Shown in pieces: positions 1-8,975 of a stretch of DNA of 64,000 nt (position 1 is the stretch's first letter; each line of letters opens with the position of its first letter). The notes under the pieces are model-generated. The model made no database searches. It was not told the DNA's origin and saw only the letters and a program-made list of their open reading frames with translations. The stretch lies in contig JAJYHK010000011.1 of assembly GCA_021784815.1 (NCBI GenBank), forward strand, positions 10,954 to 74,953. The letters run 5' to 3'. The position numbers and the translations under genes are program-made. This DNA is from a bacterium (lineage in GTDB: Bacteria > Patescibacteriota > Minisyncoccia > Phycocordibacterales > Phycocordibacteraceae).

Positions 1-959
1 TCGAAGGGGTTTATGTGGTGTTCGCTCGAGAGCGAGATGTGGAAGGAGCGGCCGCCCGTAGCCTCGGCAAGCTGCTCGTACTCGCGCTCCGGGTCGATGA
101 CGATGACGTCAGTGCCGAACATGAGCGACCGGAGGATCTCGAGTTTTGTCGTATAGCTTTTTCCCGAGCCCGACTTCGCAAAGACGACCGAGTTGTAGTT
201 TTCGAGCGAAAACCGGTCGAAGAGGATGAGCGAAGAGTTGTGGCGGTTGATACCGTAGAGGATTCCCCGGTCGCTCGTGAGGTCGAAGGAGACGAACGGA
301 AAGATGGAGGAGAGAGGCGAAGAGTTGAGTTTGCTCGTCACAAGGAGCTCATCGGTGCCTAGAGGCAAGCAGGAGCGGAAGCCCTGTTCCTGCTGGAAGA
401 GCGCCGGCTTTGTGTAGACGAGCTTCGCATCGAGAATGCCGCGAATATTGCCCTCGAGCTTGTCAACCTCCTCTTTTGAGTCGCCGTAGAGCGCAAGGTA
501 GAGACCGACGTCGAAAAGCTTCTCCTGCGCTTGTTGAAGATCGTCGCGGAGCTTCTCGAGGTCTTGGTAGGCGGTATCGAGGAGCGGATCGCGCACCAGC
601 CCTTTCGATTCGCGTTCGGCAATCTGGCTCTGTACCTCCGCGACTTTCTTCTGAAATGCGCGCAGCGCCTGTTCCGTCTCGATCGGGTGGATGAAAATCG
701 AAGCGTCGAGTACCTGGTCGAGGTTGATGACGGGAGCGAACCACCCATCGGTGAGGTAGCGAGGGTACGAAATGGTATAGAACGCACGCACGAACTTCTC
801 GCCGAGCTCAAGCTCGCGCGGGCCAATTTTGAGCGCCGTCGGAGCGATCGTGTCGACCAGATCGAGCGAGCCGCGCTGGTAAATGTCCTTCGGCAAGACC
901 GGCACGAGCGCTGGTGCCTCTTCTTGCTTGCTGCGGGATAGGAAATCGAGGAGGGACAT
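1..959 (-). CDS. VirB4/TrbE-like conjugation/T4SS ATPase, ATPase-domain part (partial, continues beyond window start)
   Basis: Manual translation of the minus strand from ATG at 959-957 gives MSLLDFLSRSKQEEAPALVPVLPKDIYQRGSLDLVDTIAPTALKIGPRELELGEKFVRAF...VVFAKSGSGKSYTTK (Walker A) with no stops to the window edge. It is absent from the ORF track because the stop lies outside the window. It is in frame with the upstream 963..1604 ORF across a single TAA. Confidence 0.6.
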   Translation of the reverse strand, partial: MSLLDFLSRSKQEEAPALVPVLPKDIYQRGSLDLVDTIAPTALKIGPRELELGEKFVRAFYTISYPRYLTDGWFAPVINLDQVLDASIFIHPIETEQALRAFQKKVAEVQSQIAERESKGLVRDPLLDTAYQDLEKLRDDLQQAQEKLFDVGLYLALYGDSKEEVDKLEGNIRGILDAKLVYTKPALFQQEQGFRSCLPLGTDELLVTSKLNSSPLSSIFPFVSFDLTSDRGILYGINRHNSSLILFDRFSLENYNSVVFAKSGSGKSYTTKLEILRSLMFGTDVIVIDPEREYEQLAEATGGRSFHISLSSEHHINPF

Positions 960-962
960 AGG

Positions 963-1604
963 TTAGTTGTCGAGGCGAATAGGGTTCTCAAGCTCGCCAG
1001 GATTGAAGGAGCGGTAGAACAGCTCAATCGCTTCCTCGGTGCCGAGCGGGACCGCACGGACGCCCGTCCCCGCTAGGCCGCCGGCGACGAGCGCAAGCCG
1101 CTGTTCGAGCTGAGCCCGGTGTTCCTCGAAGGAAGCGGTGCCGCCCGTTGGTTGCGGGGCTTGAATACGGCGGAAAAACCCGGTTGCCGCCTGCGCGACT
1201 GCGAGGTGCGGCGCGTATGGGACGACAATGTAAAACGACTTCGTCATAATATTTGCCTGTTCGGCGAACGAACGAATGAATTCCATGTATTCGCGAAGCT
1301 GGAGGCGCAAGAGTTCAGTCTTCTGATCCGAGGCTTTCTTCTCGAGGAGCGCCAGGTACGGGCGCAGGTCCATCTTGCGCGAGTTGATCACGATCTGAAT
1401 GGAGAAATCGAGCGTATTGAGGAAATTTTGGAACCCTTCGGTGATCGCGCGCTGCTCATCCGCCGATTTAAGCGCGAAGTTGACTGAGGAGCACATAAGG
1501 ATGCCGCGATACGTGCCGTCCTTAAGCGCCACGACGCCGTTGCGGATTTCCTTGATCGGGACGAATTGCTGGGTCGCGCCCGGGGCAGAAGAAGAGGATG
1601 GCAT
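963..1604 (-). CDS. VirB4-like N-terminal domain fragment (PIKEIRNGVVALKDGTYRGILMCSSVNFALKS motif)
   Basis: 213-aa ORF. Its N-terminus matches the conserved start of Gram-positive-type VirB4/PrgJ/TcpF proteins. It ends at TAA 963-965, one codon before the ATG of the ATPase part. Confidence 0.55.
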   Translation of the reverse strand: MPSSSSAPGATQQFVPIKEIRNGVVALKDGTYRGILMCSSVNFALKSADEQRAITEGFQNFLNTLDFSIQIVINSRKMDLRPYLALLEKKASDQKTELLRLQLREYMEFIRSFAEQANIMTKSFYIVVPYAPHLAVAQAATGFFRRIQAPQPTGGTASFEEHRAQLEQRLALVAGGLAGTGVRAVPLGTEEAIELFYRSFNPGELENPIRLDN

Positions 1605-1609
1605 ACGGA

Positions 1610-2047
1610 TTAGGATTCGCGGTCCTGAGCCTCTTCGGTATTGATATCGAGGGACCAGGCAAGCTCATTCAGTTTACCGCGTGTGAGGCGAGATCCCCGC
1701 GCACGCTCATCCACCCGTGCCGCGGCTTGTGTTGCTGCGACCGACGGCGGTTCGGGCCGCGCTTTCGGTTCCTCGTGCTTCCACAGGAAGAGTTTTGCAC
1801 CGGTGTAGTAATTAAAGCCGGCTTCGATCAGATCAATGAAAGGTTTCCCGTTCATTTTATAAAATGCGAGCGCGAGCGCGAAGCCGCCGAAGACTGCTAT
1901 AACCGGCAGCGAGAGGTAGAGCGGCAGGTAGACGAAGCCGGCGACGCTAATACCGCCGCCGCCCGCAAGGTAGATGAACTGCTTGAGGGTAAGCGGGCCG
2001 ACGACCTTGTTCTCCACCTCGATGAACTGCGGCACTTGGTACTCCAT
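1610..2047 (-). CDS. PrgI-like small T4SS membrane protein
   Basis: MEYQVPQFIEVENKVVGPLTLKQFIYL followed by two TM helices. This is the typical small protein encoded directly upstream of VirB4 in conjugation loci. Confidence 0.5.
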   Translation of the reverse strand: MEYQVPQFIEVENKVVGPLTLKQFIYLAGGGGISVAGFVYLPLYLSLPVIAVFGGFALALAFYKMNGKPFIDLIEAGFNYYTGAKLFLWKHEEPKARPEPPSVAATQAAARVDERARGSRLTRGKLNELAWSLDINTEEAQDRES

Positions 2048-2128
2048 TGTTCTTCAGTATACCGTGCGCGTGCCCAGGAGTAAGCGCTGTTGCAGACGTT
2101 GCTGTAAGAGTTGCGTTTTACACGCTAC

Positions 2129-2437
2129 TCATCTGGGTGGTTCAGGGTCGCCCTCTTCCCCTTTAAGATCTTTAGTCTGAAGCGGACTCTCAATGCCAGG
2201 CGACCATTTTGCGTCGATAGAGCCGAACTGGCGCTCATACTCGCCGAGCTGATGCGTGAGACTCTGCACGACCCGCTTCATGTGCTGGGGTGTGAGCGCG
2301 TAGGCGGCAGCATTGTTGCCGACACTCATAATGAGAACAAAATGTTCGCGCGTGTGGCCGGCGGCCACGTTTTCACAGAACTGCTTAGGGATAGCATCAA
2401 AATCCATACTCGATTGCATGAGGCTACAGTGTACCAC
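2129..2437 (-). CDS. hypothetical protein
   Basis: 102-aa ORF between the PrgI-like gene and the M50 protease, on the same strand. No recognisable motif. Confidence 0.25.
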   Translation of the reverse strand: MVHCSLMQSSMDFDAIPKQFCENVAAGHTREHFVLIMSVGNNAAAYALTPQHMKRVVQSLTHQLGEYERQFGSIDAKWSPGIESPLQTKDLKGEEGDPEPPR

Positions 2438-3104
2438 TGCCGCCTACGATGAGCCCAAAGAGCCAGACGACCAAACGATAAAACGGCCCGGCAAGCGCGT
2501 AGGAGAACACGAGGAGGAAGAGTACGAGGGCAAAGGCTCCCAAGCCGCGCAGCTGAGCTTCAAAGCGGCGTAGGCCGTGCGAGAACCGCCAAGGGAGCGC
2601 TGCTCGTAGCGCGGTGAAGCCGTCGAGCGGCGGGAACGGTATGAGGTTAAAGAGCGCAAGGAACAGGTTAATGAAGGCGATAAGCGCGGCAATCGAGATT
2701 GCCGCGCCAGGAAGCGAAAGGTATCCGCCAAAACGCGCCACCAGTCCGAATACGACCGCAAAGAGCAGGTTCGTAAAAATGCCCGCAAGCGCCACGAACA
2801 CCTCGCCCCACCGCTGGTTGCGCAGGTTATAGGGATTGTAGGGTACCGGCCGCGCCCAGCCGAACATAATGGGTGATCCGGAGATAACGAGAAGGATGGG
2901 GATGATGACCGAACCGAGCGGGTCGATGTGCGGAAGCGGGTTGAGAGTGAGGCGTCCTGCAAGCCGCGCTGTCGGATCTCCCTGCGCATTTGCCGCGTAG
3001 CCGTGGGCGACCTCGTGGGCAATAATGGAAAGAATAAGGATAATGAGGGATATCGCGATTACCATAAAAGAAAAAGTTGCTCGGTCGAGAAAGTATGGTA
3101 CCAT
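2424..3104 (-). CDS. site-2 protease family (peptidase M50) membrane metalloprotease
   Basis: HEVAHG (HExxH) in the first TM helix, polytopic, LDG motif near the C-terminus. Start is uncertain: the ORF extends to 3137, and alternative Met codons lie at 3104 and 3065. Confidence 0.7.
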   Translation of the reverse strand: MVPYFLDRATFSFMVIAISLIILILSIIAHEVAHGYAANAQGDPTARLAGRLTLNPLPHIDPLGSVIIPILLVISGSPIMFGWARPVPYNPYNLRNQRWGEVFVALAGIFTNLLFAVVFGLVARFGGYLSLPGAAISIAALIAFINLFLALFNLIPFPPLDGFTALRAALPWRFSHGLRRFEAQLRGLGAFALVLFLLVFSYALAGPFYRLVVWLFGLIVGGSGTL

Positions 3105-3114
3105 GCCGCTATCT

Positions 3115-3357
3115 ATGGCGCGAAAATGCGATATCACCGGTAAGACGACGCAGGTTGGCGGGCGCTACTCCAACCGCGTTCGTGCAACCCAGTTCAATCC
3201 GACTGGAAAGGTCCGCCGCAAGGCAAATCTACAAAGACGGCGTATTTACGTACCAGAACTGGAGAAAACCGTCATCCTCGACGTCTCAACCAAAGGGCTC
3301 AAGACCGTCAAAAAGGTCGGTGCGCATGCCGCCCTCAAGAAAGCTGGCCTCATCTAA
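3115..3357 (+). CDS. rpmB: 50S ribosomal protein L28
   Basis: MARKCDITGKTTQVGGRYSNRVRATQFNPTGKVRRKANLQRRRIYVPE resembles E. coli L28. ATG at 3115 checked in frame. Confidence 0.85.
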   Translation: MARKCDITGKTTQVGGRYSNRVRATQFNPTGKVRRKANLQRRRIYVPELEKTVILDVSTKGLKTVKKVGAHAALKKAGLI

Positions 3358-4039
3358 GGGTAGTAACCGTCCATCCATCAGAAACAACCGGTGGCGACGT
3401 GGAGGAGAGGAACAGTGCGCTTGCAAGGGCGCGTTGTTCCGTTTGGACGAGCCAGTTTCGGGTGCGCTTCGGAAGGTTCGGCTCAATTACAAATGAGGTG
3501 GAACCATACGAAATACGCGCAACGATGGTAGTACTCGGCCCTGTTCCGCGGGCTGCCTGAGCGTTTGGCCAGAGCACGTCCACAAATGCCCCGCTCCCAA
3601 GAGCGAGCCGCATTCCCTCTACAGCAGGGAGAACACGCGTCCCTTGCTTTTTGAGCGCCGCAGCGAGGGCCTGTTCCCTGGAGAATGAACCACGCGCCGC
3701 ACTTCGAATAAAGAGCGGGACGCGGTAGCGGTTGAGCACGGACGGGAGCCCCCCAGCGCTCTTCGCGCCCGGGTCCGTGAGCACGACCACGGCCAATGAC
3801 CGTTGCCAGGGTGGCAGTCGGGTGCCGAGCGCCCGCAGGATTGAAGCGTCGCTCCCGGCGTTAATGAGTAGGGTTGCGCCACTCGGGGCGCGGACCAGGT
3901 ACGCGGCGCCCTTTCCTGTCCGTAAGGGCTCGATGCGGAGCTCGAGTGCCACGGTGAGGCGTGCGTAGATCCAGACAGAGGCAATACCAAGTCCCACAAA
4001 ACTAGCCAGCAGAGTGCGCGTGCGTACGAGCGCCAGCAT
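3350..4039 (-). CDS. ComEC C-terminal metallo-beta-lactamase-like domain protein, degenerate (metal ligands lost)
   Basis: N-terminal TM helix then an MBL-like block order: LRTGKGAA where DVGQGD is expected, TDPGAKSAGG where THxDxDHxGG is expected, and ISYGSTSFVIEPNL. The ORF extends to 4138 but a Met is present at 4039. Confidence 0.4.
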   Translation of the reverse strand: MLALVRTRTLLASFVGLGIASVWIYARLTVALELRIEPLRTGKGAAYLVRAPSGATLLINAGSDASILRALGTRLPPWQRSLAVVVLTDPGAKSAGGLPSVLNRYRVPLFIRSAARGSFSREQALAAALKKQGTRVLPAVEGMRLALGSGAFVDVLWPNAQAARGTGPSTTIVARISYGSTSFVIEPNLPKRTRNWLVQTEQRALASALFLSSTSPPVVSDGWTVTTLR

Positions 4040-4112
4040 GTGCGTACTATACGACAGCGCCGCTCTCCTATTCACGCTTGACACAAGACCGCTCGTGGTA
4101 CAGTGAGGCTCT

Positions 4113-4703
4113 ATGTACGAAGCAAAAACCTTTTCCATTCCCGAGCTCGAGGGCCTTTCAAAGGAATCAATTGATCAGCATCTTGGGCTTTATCAGGGCT
4201 ACGTGAAAAACTTCAACGGCATGACCGAGCTTGCCGGCGAGCTTATGAAGGCTGATGCGCAGAAACATGCGCTTGCGATCGGCGAGCTCATGCGTCGCCG
4301 CTCTTTCGAGTTTGGCGGGATGCGCCTCCATGAGCACTACTTCCCCCAGTTTGAGGGCGGCAAAAAAGCGCTTGATGGTGGAAGTGCGCTCGGCAAAGCG
4401 CTTGCGGCGCAGTATGGCGATCCGGCACGCGCGGAGAAGGAGATGCGCATGGTGGCGAACCTGCGCGGTCCGGGCTGGGGCATTCTCTACTGGGATCCGG
4501 CTGCGAAACAGTTCCTTGTGGGCTTTACCGAAGAGCAGCATCAGGGCCACTTCGCGACCCTGCCGATCATCGTTGCGCTCGATGTGTGGGAACACGCATA
4601 CGTGCTCGACTACGGCGCTTTAGGCAAGGGCTCGTACGTTGACGCGTTCTTTGCCAACCTTAACTGGGGTGTTGCGGAGGAGCGGTTTGCGGCGCTTATG
4701 TAA
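4113..4703 (+). CDS. sod: Fe/Mn superoxide dismutase family protein
   Basis: DVWEHAYVLDY motif, LHEHYFPQF (His81 region), C-terminal ANLNWGVAEERF. The N-terminal HHxxHH motif is reduced to a single His. Confidence 0.8.
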   Translation: MYEAKTFSIPELEGLSKESIDQHLGLYQGYVKNFNGMTELAGELMKADAQKHALAIGELMRRRSFEFGGMRLHEHYFPQFEGGKKALDGGSALGKALAAQYGDPARAEKEMRMVANLRGPGWGILYWDPAAKQFLVGFTEEQHQGHFATLPIIVALDVWEHAYVLDYGALGKGSYVDAFFANLNWGVAEERFAALM

Positions 4704-6136
4704 AGCGCAAGGAGCGCGTAGGCGGCAAGGGTAAGCCAAAACGGAAAAGCCGGAAGAGAAAGCGCCGCGAGCTTTAGGCTTGCGGCGCTTTCCGCTATGC
4801 GAATAAGCCCATCGGTCAAAAGGTACGCCGGCAAGCCGGCAAGTATGGCAAGGAGGGGTGCGATTGAGCCGAAAAGCATTCCGGAAAAACCAGCGAGCGC
4901 GGAAAAGGCCATAGTCACCGGCACGAACGGCATGACGAGAAGGTTTACCGGAATGGCGACCAGCGAAAGATTGCCGGTGTCGTAGAGCAGAAGCGGAAGT
5001 ACGGCGATCTGCGCGGCGATGGTGGTGGCAATCGCGTTAGCCCAGAAGAACCCTATTCGCTTGCAAATAAATGTCTCGATATCCGGCGCGAGCCAAATGA
5101 GTCCGGCGGTCGCGGCGACTGAAAGACCGAAGCCCGGGTCGAATACCGCAAGAAGCGGATTCCAGAGCAGCATAAGCACGATTGCGAGCAAGAGCGCGCG
5201 ATTTGCCGCGTAGCTCTTCCCGGTTGCTCGCGCATAGAGCGCGATGCATGCCATGATGCCGGCGCGCACGGCGGTGGCGCTCGCGCCGGCGACGCCGATG
5301 AAGGCAATGAGCGCAAGCGCGCCAGCGAGCGCGCGGATGTGAAGCGACGCCTTTATATACGCGAGCGCCACCATGACCCACTCAGCGACGACCATGACGT
5401 TGTAGCCGGAGAGTACGATGATCTGCACGAGGCCGGTCCGGACGAATGCGTTTTGCAAATCACTGCCGAGGCCCGACTTGCCTCCGATGACGATGCCGCC
5501 GGCGAGCGAGGCATACGGCTCCGGAAGCGCTACATCGAGTCCGGAAAGGAATACATGTTTGACGCGCGCGAGAAGTGCAGAGACTGAATACCATGGCGCC
5601 GATGCGAGTGCGCGCACCGATGCGTAGTCGAGCACGAAGCGAATGCCCTCGCGCTCCAAATATTTGTCGTAGCGAAAGACGCGTCCGCCCGCGCTTGCAA
5701 ACGGCTGCGGCAATTCAAGCGTGCCGCGGATCGCGACGCGCTCTCCTACGGCAAGCGCCGTGTCGCGCGGCGTAACGGCAAGGACGAGAGAGTGCGCGCT
5801 CCCATACGCGACGCGCACGGGCACCCGCTGCAATCCATCGCGCACGTCCGGATCGCCGGTTATGACTCCGGTCAAGCGTGCGCGCGTGTGAAGCAGCGGT
5901 ACAAAGGCGCGAGGAAGCGGCGTGTCTATGAGCGCGGCGCGGCCCATGCCTATGAACACGCAGAAAAAGAAAATGGCCGCGAGGGCGTGCGCGCGTCGCG
6001 GCACGAAAAAGAAACCGAGAGCAAAAATGAGCGTGAGCAAAAACATAAACGCATACGCGCTCCATCCGAAAACGAAAAGCGAGCGAAGCACAACCCCGCC
6101 CGCGATTCCGATCGCAACGACGAGCAGGCCGCTCAT
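4610..6136 (-). CDS. comEC: ComEC/Rec2 DNA-uptake channel protein (DUF4131 plus competence domain; no attached MBL domain)
   Basis: About 10 TM helices and the FVRTGLVQIIVLSGYNVMVV competence-domain signature. The ORF extends to 6217; start chosen at MSGLLVVAIG (ATG 6136). The last ~30 codons overlap sod antisense. Confidence 0.7.
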   Translation of the reverse strand: MSGLLVVAIGIAGGVVLRSLFVFGWSAYAFMFLLTLIFALGFFFVPRRAHALAAIFFFCVFIGMGRAALIDTPLPRAFVPLLHTRARLTGVITGDPDVRDGLQRVPVRVAYGSAHSLVLAVTPRDTALAVGERVAIRGTLELPQPFASAGGRVFRYDKYLEREGIRFVLDYASVRALASAPWYSVSALLARVKHVFLSGLDVALPEPYASLAGGIVIGGKSGLGSDLQNAFVRTGLVQIIVLSGYNVMVVAEWVMVALAYIKASLHIRALAGALALIAFIGVAGASATAVRAGIMACIALYARATGKSYAANRALLLAIVLMLLWNPLLAVFDPGFGLSVAATAGLIWLAPDIETFICKRIGFFWANAIATTIAAQIAVLPLLLYDTGNLSLVAIPVNLLVMPFVPVTMAFSALAGFSGMLFGSIAPLLAILAGLPAYLLTDGLIRIAESAASLKLAALSLPAFPFWLTLAAYALLALYISAANRSSATPQLRLAKNASTYEPLPKAP

Positions 6137-6213
6137 GCGGCAAGGATAACAGGTTCGCCGGTGCCAAAGTCGGATTCGGGAACTCCGCCTGAACCGGGCG
6201 TCGGGACGAGGAG

Positions 6214-6633
6214 TCAATCCCCGCGGTCCATTGCTTGGTTCGCCAGAAGGTCGGCCTCTTTGTTCTGCGTGCGGAAGACGTGCTCGAACGAAATCGAACG
6301 GAAAGCTTTTTCAAGCCGAGCGAGCTGCGCCCGCTTCTCTTGCAGCACTGGATGCTTCACCTTGTATTCTCCTTTCACCTGCTTCACGATGAGCTCGCTG
6401 TCCATTTTTACCTGCACGTCGGCTCGCCCGCGTTCGGTCTCCGCAATAAGTTCGCGTAGTTTTGTGAGCGCGCGTATGACCGCTTCGTACTCGGCGAAAT
6501 TATTCGTTTGATGGCCGAGGTAGTCGCTCACCGTTGCGACGACGTTTCCCGCTTCGTCGTGAATGATTGCGCCGGCGCCTGCGGGTCCGGGATTGCCGCG
6601 CGCGCCGCCGTCGCTGTGGATGGTGTAACGCAT
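6214..6633 (-). CDS. rnhA: ribonuclease HI
   Basis: MRYTIHSDGGARGNPGPAGAGAII...NNFAEYEAVIRAL...NKEADLLANQA, classic RNase H fold motifs. Confidence 0.85.
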   Translation of the reverse strand: MRYTIHSDGGARGNPGPAGAGAIIHDEAGNVVATVSDYLGHQTNNFAEYEAVIRALTKLRELIAETERGRADVQVKMDSELIVKQVKGEYKVKHPVLQEKRAQLARLEKAFRSISFEHVFRTQNKEADLLANQAMDRGD

Positions 6634-6761
6634 GGGGCGAGTATAGCAGCGGACCGTCGCTCGTCGAGTCGAATGCGATAGGCGTACGAAACGCGCATGG
6701 TCGTGCTTGGCAAAGATACACAGGCCCGATAGCCCCGCCCGACCACGCGCGTTTCGTTTCG

Positions 6762-8489
6762 TTATGCGCTGTCCGCCTTTGAAATCGCGACAAGCCGCAG
6801 GCGCACCGGGCGACCGCGAGAGAACCTGTCCCGCTCGAGGTGTGCGAGCACGTTGACCAGGCTTCCTTCGGCGATCGAGTCAATTGTGCGCGCGAGCGCG
6901 CCGCGCGCGAAAAATACGATGGCGTCGAGCGCGCTCGTTTCATCGCGTGCGAACGCGATCTTCCGATGCTCTTCCCCTTTGCCGAACCGCGAAACCGCGC
7001 GCACGCAAACGCCGTGCAGCCGCACGAGCGGTTTTTCATTGCCCATGCCAAACGGCCCGAGCCGCTCTAGCTTCCCGAGAAGCGCGTGCGTCGCTTCTTC
7101 CGGCGTGATTTCAAAATCGGCGCGTGCACTCGTGGGGTCGGTCGGGTCATCAACCGTGAGATGTGCGAGCGCAGAAGCAAGTCGTCCTTCGAGCGTAAAA
7201 ATTGCGTCTTCGTGCGCGGTGAAACCGCCCGAGGCAGCATGTCCGCCGAACTCGATAAAGGCGTCGCCCGCGATACGCATGAGCTCAAGCGCGTTCACGG
7301 CGCCGCTCCGCACCGATCCTTTGATCGACGCGTCGCCTTCCCTCCCCCATAGGAACACCGGGCGGTTGTACTCTTCAGCGATCGAATTGGCGACGAGCCC
7401 AAGAAGCGCGGGGCGCCACGAGGGATCGCCGAGCGCAATGACACTCGGCATCGCGCCGCGCGCCTTGAGACGCGCGTGCACTGCGCGCGTAATCGCGCCC
7501 GCTTCAGCTTTGCGCTGCCGGTTGAGCTTCTCGAGATGCTTGGCGAGCGCGTCAGCACGCACTTCGTCGCTGGTGGTGAAAAGATCGAACGCGCTCTTCG
7601 CGTCGCCCATGCGGCTCGCGGCATTCACGCGCGGCGCGAGCATAAAGCCGATGTCGTCTTCAGTGAGCGTCCGCTGATCACAACGCGCCACTCGACAGAG
7701 CTTTTGGAAACCGATGCGCGGCGACTTGCGCATGACGATGAGTCCATACGTAGCGAGCACGCGGTTTTCGTCGAGGAGCGGCACCATGTCCGCAATCGTT
7801 GCGAGCGCCACCATATCGAGCAGCCACTTCTCCCATCCTTCCGGTATGCGCGCGCGCAGCTCCGGCGAAACGGCGAGTGCCCCGCGCACGAGCTTCCATG
7901 CGACCCCCGAGCCGCACAGTCCTCGGAAGGGGTACGGTTCGTCGGCGCGCGCGTTCGGGTTCACGACCGCAAACGCCGGCGGCAACGTATCGCCGGGCAG
8001 GTGGTGGTCGGTCACGATGACTTCCATGCCGAGCTCGTTCGCGCGCGCGATTGGCGCGACATCGGTGATGCCCGAGTCGGCGGTGACGACGAGCGTAACG
8101 CCTTCGCGCGCGAGCGACTCGATGCCTTGCTCGTTCATGCCGTAGCCCTCGAGGTGGCGATGCGGAATGTACGTAGTAGAATCGGCACCGACCTTTTCAA
8201 GGAAGTCGTGCAATAAAGTGGCAGCCGGAATGCCGTCGCAATCGTAGTCGCTCCAAATCGCAACCTTTTCCCTCTTGAGAGCAGCGTGCGCGAATCGCTC
8301 GGCTGCCTTAGGCATGTCGGTCATGAGAAGCGGATCGTGGAGGTGCCGATCATAGGAAGGCGCAAGAAACGCCTCCGCCGCTTCGGCCGTCGTGATCCCG
8401 CGTCGAACAAGGAGCGCGGCAGTGACCTCGTCGTACGCGTGAAGGGCGCCGCGCGCATGTGTGCCGATCGGTTCACGGAGTTCAAACAT
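6762..8489 (-). CDS. recJ: single-stranded-DNA-specific exonuclease RecJ
   Basis: DHH motifs (DYDCDGI, VTDHHLPGD), DHHA1 and a C-terminal OB domain; 575 aa. Confidence 0.85.
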   Translation of the reverse strand: MFELREPIGTHARGALHAYDEVTAALLVRRGITTAEAAEAFLAPSYDRHLHDPLLMTDMPKAAERFAHAALKREKVAIWSDYDCDGIPAATLLHDFLEKVGADSTTYIPHRHLEGYGMNEQGIESLAREGVTLVVTADSGITDVAPIARANELGMEVIVTDHHLPGDTLPPAFAVVNPNARADEPYPFRGLCGSGVAWKLVRGALAVSPELRARIPEGWEKWLLDMVALATIADMVPLLDENRVLATYGLIVMRKSPRIGFQKLCRVARCDQRTLTEDDIGFMLAPRVNAASRMGDAKSAFDLFTTSDEVRADALAKHLEKLNRQRKAEAGAITRAVHARLKARGAMPSVIALGDPSWRPALLGLVANSIAEEYNRPVFLWGREGDASIKGSVRSGAVNALELMRIAGDAFIEFGGHAASGGFTAHEDAIFTLEGRLASALAHLTVDDPTDPTSARADFEITPEEATHALLGKLERLGPFGMGNEKPLVRLHGVCVRAVSRFGKGEEHRKIAFARDETSALDAIVFFARGALARTIDSIAEGSLVNVLAHLERDRFSRGRPVRLRLVAISKADSA

Positions 8490-8545
8490 GCGAAAAGAGT
8501 ATAGCGCGGGAAGCGGCGCGTCCGCGATCTGGTATCGTTACCGGT

Positions 8546-8929
8546 ATGAGTGAAACAGCAAACGAACCGAACTGTATCTTTTGCAAGATTGTGCGTCGCG
8601 AAGCGCCATCGTTCACAGTGTACGAAGACGACGACTTCATCGCGTTTCTGGATATTCATCCGCACGCGCCTGGCCACGTGCAGGTGATTCCCAAGACGCA
8701 TTATCGCTGGGTATGGGACGTACCTGGGGCGGGCACATACTTTGAGGTGGTGCGTGCCGTTGCGCTCGCGCAACGAAAGGCGTTTGGAACGGAGTGGATT
8801 ATCTCTCGGATCGTCGGCGACGAAGTTCCGCATGCGCACATCTGGGTCTTCCCCGCCGACGGCGCGGGCAATGCGAATGATTTTAAAAGGAATGCAGAAA
8901 AAATCAGCCGTGCGCTCGCGCGCCACTGA
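8546..8929 (+). CDS. HIT family (histidine triad) protein
   Basis: NCIFCKI...HPHAPGHVQVIPK triad. The ORF starts at 8459; ATG at 8546 (MSETANEPNCIFCKI) was chosen. Confidence 0.8.
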   Translation: MSETANEPNCIFCKIVRREAPSFTVYEDDDFIAFLDIHPHAPGHVQVIPKTHYRWVWDVPGAGTYFEVVRAVALAQRKAFGTEWIISRIVGDEVPHAHIWVFPADGAGNANDFKRNAEKISRALARH

Positions 8930-8975
8930 GAGCAAGACAAAACACCCGGCGCCTTTGGCGCCGGGTGTTTTGTCT

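Noticed and set aside
960-965. Possibility that the in-frame TAA in VirB4 reflects stop-codon reassignment
   Set aside because: No other gene in the window needs TAA read-through (fusA, uvrD and pilB are intact). Known bacterial recodings involve UGA, not UAA.
359-1057. Long six-frame ORFs such as 359..1057(-) and 531..941(+) within the VirB4 region
   Set aside because: Arg/Ser-rich low-complexity translations typical of alternative frames in GC-rich coding DNA. The real coding frame is the VirB4 frame.
5715-8216. ORFs 5715..6314(-), 5792..6511(+), 6500..7051(-), 6853..7677(+) and 7476..8216(+) overlapping comEC, rnhA and recJ
   Set aside because: These are antisense or alternative-frame shadows of well-supported genes (Arg-rich, no motifs).
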